Shown: piece by piece, positions 8,986 through 18,514 of the stretch | How positions within the stretch are numbered: the first letter of the stretch is position 1 | Layout: each line of letters opens with the position of its first letter | Virus record (IMG/VR): IMGVR_UViG_3300002182_000344 | Span: 1 to 28,298 of that record | Direction: 5' to 3' (one strand) | From: a virus | Lineage: Duplodnaviria; Caudoviricetes | DNA: 28,298 nt | Program-made: the position numbers and the translations under genes | Notes under the pieces: model-generated | What the model saw: the letters and a program-made list of their open reading frames with translations, nothing else | The model's database searches: none | Told to the model about the DNA's origin: nothing

Positions 8986-10549
8986 AAGAAAACCTTGTGA
9001 TAGTTTTTATGAATTTGTTGACAATCCTTATTATTTAGGAGTTGGAAAAGATGTTTGGCGAAGAGTAAAAGAAGAAGGAGATAAAATATGGAAAGGTATT
9101 TTGGAAGGTAGATATCAAGAAGGAATTTGTCTTTGGGGTATAGGCTCTGGAAAATCTTTTTTAGCAGAAATTATTTCTTGTCTGTATGTTCATTACTTAC
9201 TATGTTTAGAAAATCCGCATAAATATTTTAATATGACAGATGATAAACCGATTGTAGTAGTAAATATGGGGACTAATGCAAGTCAAGCTAAAAATGTTAT
9301 TTTTGCTGGGATTAGAAGATTGATAGAAAATTCGCCATTTTTTCAAGAATATCAGCCAGAGATTTTACAGACTGAAATAAGATTTCCTAAAAAAAATATT
9401 GCTTTATATTGTGGTAATAGTCAAGAAACAATGCCAATTGGTTTAAATGTTATATGTGGTGTTTTAGATGAAGCAGCCTGGTATTTAGACAATGAAGAAA
9501 AGTCAATTGCTGAAAACATTTATAGCACAATGAAAAATAGAATTGTTTCACGCTTTGGAGATAAAGGATTTATCTTTGTAATTTCAGCTCCAAGGTATGC
9601 AGATGATTTTATTACCAGATTATATGAAAAAAGCAAAGGCAAAGATTATGTTTATGCAAGCTCTTTTAAAACTTGGGAAGTAAAAGATAGAGAAATGATG
9701 AAACAAGAAGAATTTGAATTTAACGCTGGAAACGAGATTTGGAAAGTGCCAATGGACTTTAAAAACATAGCCGAAGCCAATCCAGAAAAATTTATGAGAG
9801 ATTTTGGAGCAAAGCCAAGCATGGTTTTAGAAGCATTTGATAGAGACGCTGATATTGTAGAAAGAAATTACAATCCAAAAAGAGAAAGTCCAGTAGATGA
9901 GTTAGGAAGGTTTAAAGAATGGTTTAAAGCAACTGATAGTGAGCCAAGATATATCCATATTGATTTGGGATATAAAAAAGATGCTTGCGGTTTGGCAATG
10001 GGTAGATTTGATGGTTATGATGAAGTAGACGGAGAAAAAAGACCGAAAGTATATATTGATTTAATGCTTCAGATAAAGCCAAGTGAAACTTCTAAAGGAG
10101 AGGTTGTTTTTGAAGATGTTAGAAGAATAGTTTATAGCCTAAAAGAAAGAGGATTTAATATTGCTTTAGTTACCTTTGATGGATTTCAAAGTGTAGATAG
10201 TATTCAAATTTTAAAAGCCCATAGTATTAATGCTGAAGTTTTATCAGTAGATAGAGATACTAAGCCTTATGAAACTTTAAAAGAACTATTACATACAAAT
10301 AGAATTGATTTTTACAGGTATGAACCTTTTATTAAAGAATACAAAAGATTAGAATTAGTAAAAGGTAAAAAAGTGGATCATCCTTTGGGAGGAAGCAAAG
10401 ATGTTGCCGATGCTGTGGCAGCAGTATGCTATAATATTTGTCAAAGAAAAGTCAGTGGATTTTTTGAATATATCAAAACAACAAAGCCACAAGAACAAGC
10501 TTCAGAATTACAAAAATGGTATGAATTATACCGAAATCAAGGATTTTAA
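8891..10549 (+). CDS. terL: Terminase large subunit
   Basis: Walker A GIGSGKS, Walker B GVLDEAA, nuclease IHIDLG and VDHP..GSKDVADA. Confidence 0.9.
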   Translation: MKQDEKLFNLLNNLKPADKKEVLFLLKNPQFERKPCDSFYEFVDNPYYLGVGKDVWRRVKEEGDKIWKGILEGRYQEGICLWGIGSGKSFLAEIISCLYVHYLLCLENPHKYFNMTDDKPIVVVNMGTNASQAKNVIFAGIRRLIENSPFFQEYQPEILQTEIRFPKKNIALYCGNSQETMPIGLNVICGVLDEAAWYLDNEEKSIAENIYSTMKNRIVSRFGDKGFIFVISAPRYADDFITRLYEKSKGKDYVYASSFKTWEVKDREMMKQEEFEFNAGNEIWKVPMDFKNIAEANPEKFMRDFGAKPSMVLEAFDRDADIVERNYNPKRESPVDELGRFKEWFKATDSEPRYIHIDLGYKKDACGLAMGRFDGYDEVDGEKRPKVYIDLMLQIKPSETSKGEVVFEDVRRIVYSLKERGFNIALVTFDGFQSVDSIQILKAHSINAEVLSVDRDTKPYETLKELLHTNRIDFYRYEPFIKEYKRLELVKGKKVDHPLGGSKDVADAVAAVCYNICQRKVSGFFEYIKTTKPQEQASELQKWYELYRNQGF

Positions 10550-10578
10550 TTTAAAAGGTCAAATAATTTTTTAAAAAT

Positions 10579-10821
10579 ATGACTTTTGTTATTTTTATCT
10601 CGTTGCTTTGCAGTATTCTTTGCTATTTTTTAGCAAGAAAAAAAGAAAGAAATAAAATTGTCGCATTATTTGCAGGCTTTTTATTTGGTATTTTTGCGAT
10701 TATATATTACTTAATCGTAGGAAAGCCAAAAAAGATTTGTCCTTATTGTGGAATGAAAATTCCAAAAGAAGCAAAGATTTGTCCTTATTGTCATAGAGAA
10801 TTTGATTTAATACAAAAGTAA
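10579..10821 (+). CDS. Small membrane protein with zinc ribbon
   Basis: Two hydrophobic helices plus a duplicated KICPYC (18-nt direct repeat AAGATTTGTCCTTATTGT). Confidence 0.65.
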   Translation: MTFVIFISLLCSILCYFLARKKERNKIVALFAGFLFGIFAIIYYLIVGKPKKICPYCGMKIPKEAKICPYCHREFDLIQK

Positions 10822-10824
10822 TTT

Positions 10825-11847
10825 ATGGAAGTTAAAAAGATTTTAATAACTGGGGGATGTGGCTTTGTAGGACATCATTTTGTTGAGCATTTTCTCAAAG
10901 AAACAGACTGGGAGATAATTATTTGGGATAAACTTAGTTATGCTTCTAATGGATTTGATAGACTAAGAGATATTGATGTTTTTGATGAAAAAAGAATAAA
11001 AGTTTTGACAGTTGATATGAATTTACCTATTTCTGAAGGAATTAAAAAAGAAACTGGCGATGTTGATTATGTTATCAATTTGGCATCTGAAAGCCACGTT
11101 GACAATTCTATTGCTAATCCTGTTTCTTTTATTCAAAATAATGTTAATTTAATTTTAAATCTTTTAGAATGGGTAAGAGGTTTAAAGAATATAAAAAAGA
11201 TAACTCAGTTTTCAACTGATGAAGTTTATGGTCCAGCACCAGAAGGAACAGAATATAAAGAAGGAGATAGGCATTGTCCGAGCAATCCTTATTCAGCGAG
11301 TAAATCAGCTCAAGAAATGATTTGTCGGGCTTATGCTAATACTTATAAATTACCGATAAATATAACTAACTCAATGAATATTTTTGGTGAACGCCAGCAT
11401 CCAGAAAAGTTTATTCCTCTTTGTATTAGAAAAATTTTAAAAGGAGAAAAAGTGTTAATTCATTCAAATGCAGAAAAAACAAAAGCTGGTTCAAGGTTTT
11501 GGCTTCACGCAAGGAATATAGCAAAAGCGATACATTTTATTTTAGAAAAAACAGATGAAAGATTAGATAAATATGATGCTTCTAAAGGAGTTTTTAATAT
11601 TGTAGGAGAAAAAGAAATTGATAATTTGACTCTTGCTAAGAAAATTGCTGAAATTCTTGGAAAGCCTTTGAATTATGAAATGGTAAATTGGCACGAGAGT
11701 CGTCCTGGTCATGATCTTAGGTATGCTTTAGATGGCAGTAAATTAAAAAGTTATGGATTTGAATACCCGAAAACATTTGAAGAAAGTTTAAAAAAAACAA
11801 TAGAATGGTCGATTAAACCAGAAAATCAAAAATGGCTAAATCTGTAA
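10825..11847 (+). CDS. NDP-glucose 4,6-dehydratase (RmlB/RfbB-like extended SDR)
   Basis: TGGCGFVG, DKLSYA, ESHVDNS, STDEVYG, PYSASK, QHPEKFIP, RPGHDLRY. Confidence 0.9.
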   Translation: MEVKKILITGGCGFVGHHFVEHFLKETDWEIIIWDKLSYASNGFDRLRDIDVFDEKRIKVLTVDMNLPISEGIKKETGDVDYVINLASESHVDNSIANPVSFIQNNVNLILNLLEWVRGLKNIKKITQFSTDEVYGPAPEGTEYKEGDRHCPSNPYSASKSAQEMICRAYANTYKLPINITNSMNIFGERQHPEKFIPLCIRKILKGEKVLIHSNAEKTKAGSRFWLHARNIAKAIHFILEKTDERLDKYDASKGVFNIVGEKEIDNLTLAKKIAEILGKPLNYEMVNWHESRPGHDLRYALDGSKLKSYGFEYPKTFEESLKKTIEWSIKPENQKWLNL

Positions 11848-12794
11848 TTGTTTCACCAGTTCATAAACAGCCTTCTTTACGATGGATAGAAGCATTACCA
11901 AATGATGTTGATATTATTATTGTTGATGATAGTAATGGTAAAGTAAAAATAGATAAAGACAATGTAGAACTTTTTGATTATAAAAAACAACAAGAGGAAG
12001 CAAAAGATTTTTACCCTTTATTTGAATTGTTTCATAGGTCGGCTGCTTGTAAAAATTTTGGATTATGGCTGGCTTATAAAAGAGGATATGATGTTGTAAT
12101 TGTAATTGATTCTGATTGTATTTTACCGCTTAATTTTGTTGAAAAACATTTAGAAATACTGAATAAAAAGGCACAAGGTTGGGTAAATCCTTTAGATGGC
12201 ATAGATAATGGTAAATGGTTTTCGAGAGGATTTCCTTATTCTCAAAGAGAAAAAAGAATAGTAGTAAATATGGGATTATGGAGTTGGGAATTGGATATTA
12301 ACGGAGTAGATAAAATTGGGGAAAGCCTACCAAGATATGTTTTAGTATCAGAAACAAGAAGCGTTGTTGGTAAAATTCCTTTTTCTGGAATGAATTTCGC
12401 TATAAGAAGAGAAGTAATACCGGCTTTGTTATTTTTACCAAATTATGACTATAAAGAATTAAGATTTAGAAGACATGATGATATTTGGGGAGGATACATT
12501 ATGCAAAAATTGATTGAAAAAAGAAATGAAGCAATGACTTTTGGACCACCGATAATTTATCATGAAACAGAAGTAGATCCGATTGAAGATGCTATAAACG
12601 AGGAAGCAATGAATTTTTACTCAGATAGTTTTTATTCGATTGTCGATGAAATAATGAAAAAAGTAAGATTTGGAAGTTATCAAGAAATGTTTAAACAATT
12701 TGCAGATAATTGTTATTTATTTAAAAAAACAGTCTTTGAGCCATTTATCTATCCAATAAAAGAATGGAGTAAATTATGGCAGAATTTTCGGTAG
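11832..12794 (+). CDS. RGP / UDP-arabinopyranose mutase-like GT-A protein
   Basis: SAACKNFG, IDSDC, RGFPYS, NMGLW, PFSGMNFA and RHDDIWGG resemble motifs of the reversibly glycosylated polypeptide family. Confidence 0.75.
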   Translation: MAKSVIVSPVHKQPSLRWIEALPNDVDIIIVDDSNGKVKIDKDNVELFDYKKQQEEAKDFYPLFELFHRSAACKNFGLWLAYKRGYDVVIVIDSDCILPLNFVEKHLEILNKKAQGWVNPLDGIDNGKWFSRGFPYSQREKRIVVNMGLWSWELDINGVDKIGESLPRYVLVSETRSVVGKIPFSGMNFAIRREVIPALLFLPNYDYKELRFRRHDDIWGGYIMQKLIEKRNEAMTFGPPIIYHETEVDPIEDAINEEAMNFYSDSFYSIVDEIMKKVRFGSYQEMFKQFADNCYLFKKTVFEPFIYPIKEWSKLWQNFR

Positions 12795-13411
12795 TTTTAG
12801 TAACATTTAATAGATTAGATTTTACAAAACAGACGATTGATTCTTTTATCAAAACTTCGCCACCAGATTTTGAAATGATTATTGTTGATAATGCTTCTAC
12901 TGAGTCAGGATTTCAAGAATATTTAACAGAATTAGAAAAAGATAAAAGAATTAAAGTAATCAGAAATAAAACAAATTTAGGTTGGGGAGCGGCAGTAAAT
13001 ATCGGTTTAAAGTATTGCCATACAGAATGGATTTTATTATCAAATAATGATGTTATTTATAAAGAAGGTTGGTTTGAAAAATGTATTCAGGCTTATCAGG
13101 ATTTTTCAGAAATAGGAGTTTTAGGCTTGTGGAAGCATCCTTTTGCTCATACTACATTATTTGAAAAAGAAAGAGGAAGAACAAAGTTAGTTGTTAGAGA
13201 TTTAATGCCAGCAGTTGCTTGGTTTATGAAAAAAGAAGTAATTAAAAAGGTCGGTAAATTTTTTGAAGCAGGTCCTTGTGTCAATCCCGATGGGACACCG
13301 AGAAGAGGAGGTTGTGGAGAAGATACAGATTATAATCTTAGAGTAAGTCAGATTGGACTATGGAATTGTGGCTTAAAAGAAGATGTTGCTGTACATATAA
13401 CAAGGACATAG
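12776..13411 (+). CDS. GT2 glycosyltransferase
   Basis: VTFNR, IVDNASTE, NLGWGAAVNIG, NNDV, GEDTDY. Confidence 0.88.
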   Translation: MAEFSVVLVTFNRLDFTKQTIDSFIKTSPPDFEMIIVDNASTESGFQEYLTELEKDKRIKVIRNKTNLGWGAAVNIGLKYCHTEWILLSNNDVIYKEGWFEKCIQAYQDFSEIGVLGLWKHPFAHTTLFEKERGRTKLVVRDLMPAVAWFMKKEVIKKVGKFFEAGPCVNPDGTPRRGGCGEDTDYNLRVSQIGLWNCGLKEDVAVHITRT

Positions 13412-13417
13412 TTTAAG

Positions 13418-14320
13418 ATGGATTTAAGCATTATAATTTCAGTTTTAAATCAGTTTGAATTATTTGAAGAGACTTTAAGTCAGATTATTTCGAACACCCA
13501 AGATTTCATTGAAATAATTGTAATTGATAATGGTAGTGATGAAATACTTTCTGATTATTGGAAAGAAAAAAGATTATTAGGGAGTAAATATGTCAGGTTT
13601 GTAAGAAATGATGAAAACATTGGCAACTATCCTATTTTTAAACAAGGATTAGAATTATCTCAAAATGAAATCATAGCATTTTTTCATAGCGATTTATTTA
13701 TTTATGAAAAAGGTTGGGATAAAAGAGTAGTTAAAGTATTTAAAGAAAATTCAAAATTAGGTTTAATTGGTTTTATTGGTTCAAATGAAATTGATAGTTT
13801 TGGTGGTAGAGGATTAGGGACGATGTCAAATTTTCAAGGAAGACAAATTGGTAAGTGGAAAGGTTCACCAGCAGAAGTTCACGGCAAAAGAATAAATGAT
13901 TTTAGAAAAGCAGTTTTAATTGATGGTTGCTCGATGATATTTAGAAGAAAATGTTTGGAAGATATTGGTTTTAGACCAGATTTTCCAGTTCATCATTTTT
14001 ATGATAGGTTGATGTGTTGTCAAGTAATAGAAAAAGGATGGGAAATAAGAGTTTTAGGAATTGAATGCGACCATATTTCTGGAATGACTGTTTCAAGAGA
14101 AAATAAATATTATGAACTTGTTAAAAAATGGTTTTTAGAAAGAGGAATAAATTCTTTTGATGAATGGTATAATAAAAACATAGATTGGGTTAATAAGATA
14201 GACAATCCTAACAGAGGAGTTAAGCCGACAAATTATGATCATCTTTGTTATTTAGAAGCAGAAAAACAATTTTTAACAGAATGGAGAGACCAAAAAGGAT
14301 TTATTCCAAGAATGGTTTAA
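13418..14320 (+). CDS. GT2 glycosyltransferase
   Basis: VIDNGSDE, ENIG, FHSD, IDGC, HFYD. Confidence 0.85.
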   Translation: MDLSIIISVLNQFELFEETLSQIISNTQDFIEIIVIDNGSDEILSDYWKEKRLLGSKYVRFVRNDENIGNYPIFKQGLELSQNEIIAFFHSDLFIYEKGWDKRVVKVFKENSKLGLIGFIGSNEIDSFGGRGLGTMSNFQGRQIGKWKGSPAEVHGKRINDFRKAVLIDGCSMIFRRKCLEDIGFRPDFPVHHFYDRLMCCQVIEKGWEIRVLGIECDHISGMTVSRENKYYELVKKWFLERGINSFDEWYNKNIDWVNKIDNPNRGVKPTNYDHLCYLEAEKQFLTEWRDQKGFIPRMV

Positions 14321-14324
14321 AAAT

Positions 14325-14567
14325 ATGAAATTAACTGAAAAAGAAATTGAAAAAATAAAACTTGATGCTTTAATAGAAAGAAGATTGCGGGAAATTCAAA
14401 CAATTGCTAACTTAGAAGTTGAAGTTAAATACTTTGAAAAATTAAGATTATTGCCTCAGGTTGATTCAAAAAAAGTAGAAGAAGAAATTAGTATAAAAAA
14501 AGCCGAAATAGAAGTTCATCAAGAAATAATAAAAATTTTAGATGAAGTAATTAACAAAAATGGTTGA
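14325..14567 (+). CDS. Hypothetical coiled-coil protein
   Basis: 80 aa charged helical ORF in tight operon spacing. Confidence 0.5.
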   Translation: MKLTEKEIEKIKLDALIERRLREIQTIANLEVEVKYFEKLRLLPQVDSKKVEEEISIKKAEIEVHQEIIKILDEVINKNG

Positions 14568-14772
14568 AGTTCAAACTATAACAACATCAGGAACAGGACC
14601 AGTAAGGGTTGATACTTACGCTTGGCATCCGTCAGAAAGGTCAATTTTTAGTCCTCCAGAAGATGATTGTGATTTGATTTTAAATCAGGACTTTACAAAG
14701 CAAGGTATAACAATTAAAATAAATAAAAAAAGTTATGCCAAAAAAAGGATACAAACCAACAAAAGAACATAG
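14560..14772 (+). CDS. Hypothetical protein
   Basis: 70 aa ORF overlapping its neighbours; no motif. Confidence 0.4.
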   Translation: MVEVQTITTSGTGPVRVDTYAWHPSERSIFSPPEDDCDLILNQDFTKQGITIKINKKSYAKKRIQTNKRT

Positions 14773-15354
14773 AGAACATTTAAGTTTATCTTTGAAAGAA
14801 GGTTTTAAAAAAAGTAGAAAACCAACAAGATACTGGTTAGGAAAAAAGATGCCAAAAGAACTTATGAAGAAATTGAGTGAATCTCATAAAGGATTTCATT
14901 ACGGATATAAATTTCCGAAAGGATATACTCCTTGGAATAAAGGTAAGAAACTTTCTGAAGAACATAAGAAAAAAATGAGTTTAGCAAGAATTGGCGGAAA
15001 AAAGAAATAATGAAACAAAAGAGAAAATGAGAATTAGTAGAATTAGATATATGAAAAAAAAAGACATAAATGGTGTAATACAGATATAGAAAAGATAACA
15101 GAAAATGAATTAAAAAGAAGAAAGTTATTTTATTTACCACAACAACCTATTGGTGGATTTGTTTTAGTAGATTTTTACTTGCCAGACCAAAAAATAATTA
15201 TTGAATGTGATGGTGATTACTGGCATAACAGACCAGAAATAAAAGAAAAAGATAGAAAAAACAAGAGAAACTTGAAAAATTAAGGTATCGAGTTTTTCAC
15301 TTTAAAAGAAGTGAGATAAGAAAAGATATTAAAAATGTATTGATTTATGTCTAA
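14735..15354 (+). pseudogene. NUMOD3 + DUF559/Vsr-like endonuclease (homing endonuclease type), frameshifted
   Basis: NUMOD3 repeats (KGKKLSEEHKKKMSLA), then out-of-frame pieces ETKEKMRISR / NTDIEK...VDFYLPDQKIIIECDGDYWH / LEKLRYRVFHFKRSEI. Shifts lie near A-runs at ~15000, ~15058 and ~15258. Confidence 0.8.
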
Positions 15355-16147
15355 AGTCTTGACAGTAATACCGACAATAAATCTTTGGAAAGAATATACA
15401 GAGCCTTGTTTAAAAAGTGTTATTAGTAATAATACTTTAAAATTTTTAATAATTGACAATGGTAGTGTAGATGAAACAAAAGAAGAATTGCCTAAACTTC
15501 TTTTAAAAAGAGATGATATTGACTATGTGATAAATTATGAAAATTGGGGTTGTGCTAGAACTTGGAATTATGGAATGAAAATAGGATTTGAAGATGGCTT
15601 TGATTATGTTCTTATACTTAATAATGATGTTTTATTACATCCTAATTGTGTTGATAGATTAGTAGAAAGATTTCAAAGAAAAGACCCTGATGTTGTATTG
15701 GTAAGTGCAATGGATATTCGGGGAGAATGTATTGTTCCAAGTGATATTTTTAAAAAAGATGATAAAGAAAAAGAAAAAGTTTCAGAAAGTGAAAATCCAA
15801 ATTTTGCTGCTTTTATGGTAAATAAAAAGTTTTGGAAAAAAGTTGGAGAATTTGACGAAGGATTTTTTCCAGCTTACTTTGAAGACAATGATATGCATTA
15901 CAGAATTAAATTGGCAGGATTAAAAGCAGTTTGTTATCCGCCAGCATTATTTTATCATTATGGATCAAGAACTCAAAATGACTTAAGATATCCCGGAGGT
16001 TTAGTCCCAAGTAATCAATTTTTAAAGAATAGAGATTATTATATCAGTAAGTGGGGCGGAATGCCAGGACAAGAAAAATTTATTCACCCTTTTAATGATA
16101 AAAGTAAATCAATTAAATGGACAAAACAAAAAGAAGAAAAATTATAG
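15347..16147 (+). CDS. GT2 glycosyltransferase
   Basis: IIDNGSVDET, ENWGCARTWNYG, LNNDV, FDEGFFPAYFEDND. Confidence 0.9.
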   Translation: MSKVLTVIPTINLWKEYTEPCLKSVISNNTLKFLIIDNGSVDETKEELPKLLLKRDDIDYVINYENWGCARTWNYGMKIGFEDGFDYVLILNNDVLLHPNCVDRLVERFQRKDPDVVLVSAMDIRGECIVPSDIFKKDDKEKEKVSESENPNFAAFMVNKKFWKKVGEFDEGFFPAYFEDNDMHYRIKLAGLKAVCYPPALFYHYGSRTQNDLRYPGGLVPSNQFLKNRDYYISKWGGMPGQEKFIHPFNDKSKSIKWTKQKEEKL

Positions 16148-16563
16148 TAGCAGTATCAGGAGGATTTGATCCCGTTCATGTAGGGCATATTAGATATTTC
16201 AAAGAAGCAAAAAAGTTAGGAGATAAACTAATTGTTATTTTAAATAGCGATAGATTTTTAATGAAAAAGAAAGGATATGTTTTTATGCCATTTAAAGAAA
16301 GAAAAGAAATTTTAGAAAGTATTAAATGGGTAGATAAAGTAATTCCAGCAATAGATAAAGACCAGACAGTATGTAAAACTTTAGCCAAATTAAAGCCTGA
16401 TATTTTTGCCAAAGGAGGAGATAGGACTTTAGAAAATATACCAGAAAAAGAAGTATGCGAAAAATTAGGAATTAAAATGGTTTTTGGAGTAGGAGGAGGT
16501 AAAATTCAGTCAAGCTCTTGGTTATTAAATAAATTTTTAAAAAAACAATGGAAGAAAAAATAA
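16117..16563 (+). CDS. HxGH cytidylyl/adenylyltransferase (TagD/RfaE2-like)
   Basis: SGGFDPVHVGH, LNSD, ER, KGGDR, SSS. Confidence 0.88.
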   Translation: MDKTKRRKIIVAVSGGFDPVHVGHIRYFKEAKKLGDKLIVILNSDRFLMKKKGYVFMPFKERKEILESIKWVDKVIPAIDKDQTVCKTLAKLKPDIFAKGGDRTLENIPEKEVCEKLGIKMVFGVGGGKIQSSSWLLNKFLKKQWKKK

Positions 16564-18011
16564 AAGTATTAGCATTGTGTGATTCACCAACAGTCAGCAC
16601 TGGTTTTGCTACAGTTTCAAAAAATGTTTTGAAAGTTTTGGCTGATACAGGTAAATACTCCATAGACATTGTTGGTATAAACTTTGATGGTTCTTATTAT
16701 GATAGAGAAAAATTCCCTTATCAAATTTATCCAGCAGTAAATGCTTTGATTCCTAATTCTGCTTATTATGATTTGTTTGGTAGACAATTATTTCTCGATA
16801 AATTAGGAAGTGGTAAATATGACTTGGTTTGGATTTTGCAAGATACATTTATCATTGAACCACTTGGACCAAGAATTGTAGAAACAAACGAAAAACTACC
16901 ACCAGAAAGAAAGTTTAAATGGATTTATTATTTTCCGATTGATGCCAGACCAAAAAAAGAATGGATTGATAATTCAGTCTTATTGGCTGATTATCCAGTT
17001 GCTTATACAAAATATGGTTATAATGAAGTTTTGAATATTTACTCAGCAGGCTTTGATGAAAAAAGTAATTTAACAGAAGAACAAAAAAGAGAATATCAAA
17101 AAAAATATGAGTTGTTAAAATCAAAATTAGATATTATTTATCACGGAATAAATCCAAAAGAATTTTATCCTATTAAGATGACAGAAGAAGAAAGGATGCA
17201 GTTAAGAAAAAAGTTTTTTGGAGAAGAACATTACAAAAAGTTTATTTTTATGAATATGAATAGAAACCAGCCAAGAAAAGATTTATTTAGAAGTATGCTT
17301 GCTGCCAAATTGTTATTAGATAAAAGAAGAGCAAAAGGAAAAAATGATGTTTATTTTTACTTTCATTGTTTGTATCAAGATATTACAGGATTAGATTTAA
17401 TTGAAATGGCAGAACAGATAAACTTCATTCAAGGTAAAGAATGGGCTTTTCCGAATCCTTTAAGGTTTACTACTGCATATGGTTTTCCGACTGAAATTGT
17501 TAATCAATTATATAATGCAGTAGATTGTATTATTTCAACATCTTTAGGCGAAGGCTTTGGTTTATCAGTCTTAGAAGGAATGGCAACTAAAAAGCCAGTA
17601 ATTATGCCGAATAATACTTCAATGCCAGAAATAATTGGAAATAATGAAAGAGGGTTGTTAGTAAAAAGTGGGGCAACAATTCAGGATTGGTTTGTTCAGG
17701 CAAATGATAACAACAGAGCAAGACCATTAACAGATGTAAATGATTTAGTAGATAAAATGGAATGGGTAATGGAGCATCCAGAAGAAGTAAAAACAATGGT
17801 TGAAAATGCTTATCAGTGGGTTTCAAAATTAAACTGGGACGGAGAATTGATTGGTGAAAAATGGAAATCATTATTCGAAAAAGCATATAAAGAACTTTTA
17901 GAAGAAAGAGAAGTAGCAAAAATAGATTGGAGAAAACTTGGAAGAAATGATATTTGCCCTATTTGTAAGATTAAAGTAAAAAAATGCAAACATTCTAATT
18001 TAATAAAATGA
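16548..18011 (+). CDS. GT4-like glycosyltransferase with C-terminal SEC-C-like motif
   Basis: DSPTVSTGFA, HGIN, NRNQPRK, GEGFGLSVLEGMA; ends LGRNDICPICKIKVKKCKH. Confidence 0.87.
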   Translation: MEEKIKVLALCDSPTVSTGFATVSKNVLKVLADTGKYSIDIVGINFDGSYYDREKFPYQIYPAVNALIPNSAYYDLFGRQLFLDKLGSGKYDLVWILQDTFIIEPLGPRIVETNEKLPPERKFKWIYYFPIDARPKKEWIDNSVLLADYPVAYTKYGYNEVLNIYSAGFDEKSNLTEEQKREYQKKYELLKSKLDIIYHGINPKEFYPIKMTEEERMQLRKKFFGEEHYKKFIFMNMNRNQPRKDLFRSMLAAKLLLDKRRAKGKNDVYFYFHCLYQDITGLDLIEMAEQINFIQGKEWAFPNPLRFTTAYGFPTEIVNQLYNAVDCIISTSLGEGFGLSVLEGMATKKPVIMPNNTSMPEIIGNNERGLLVKSGATIQDWFVQANDNNRARPLTDVNDLVDKMEWVMEHPEEVKTMVENAYQWVSKLNWDGELIGEKWKSLFEKAYKELLEEREVAKIDWRKLGRNDICPICKIKVKKCKHSNLIK

Positions 18012-18514
18012 AATTTCTATTTCAAAAAGGACATAAAGGATATTGGTTAGGTAAAAAGTTTTCTGAAGAACATAAAAGAAAAATAGGATTAGCGAATAAA
18101 AGGAAAAAGAAACCACCTTTCACAGAAGAACATAAAAAAAAATTAAGTGAAGCTCATAAAGGAAAGAAGCCTACATTGAAAAAACATTGGAAATTATCAG
18201 AAAAAACTAAAAGGAAAATAAGTGAAACAAAGAAAAGAGAAAAAAATCCAAATTGGTAAGGTGGTAAATCTTTTGAGCCGTATGGACCATATTGGACTGA
18301 AGAATACAAAGCAGCAATTAGGCAAAGAGATAATTTCACTTGTCAACTGTGTGGAAAATACCCCGCATTCTTAGTTCATCATATAGATTACGATAAGAAA
18401 AACCCTGACCCAGAAATGAAAATTACACTTTGTAGAAAATGTAATTCGGTTGTTAATTTTAACAGAAATTATTGGATTAGTTATTTTAAATTGAAAAGAG
18501 AAAAAAAGATATGA
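18008..18514 (+). pseudogene. NUMOD3-HNH homing endonuclease with an internal stop
   Basis: In-frame TAA at 18257-18259 inside NPNW*GG. The frame continues with RQRDNFTCQLCG...VHHIDYDKKN...ITLCRKCN to TGA 18514. Confidence 0.85.
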
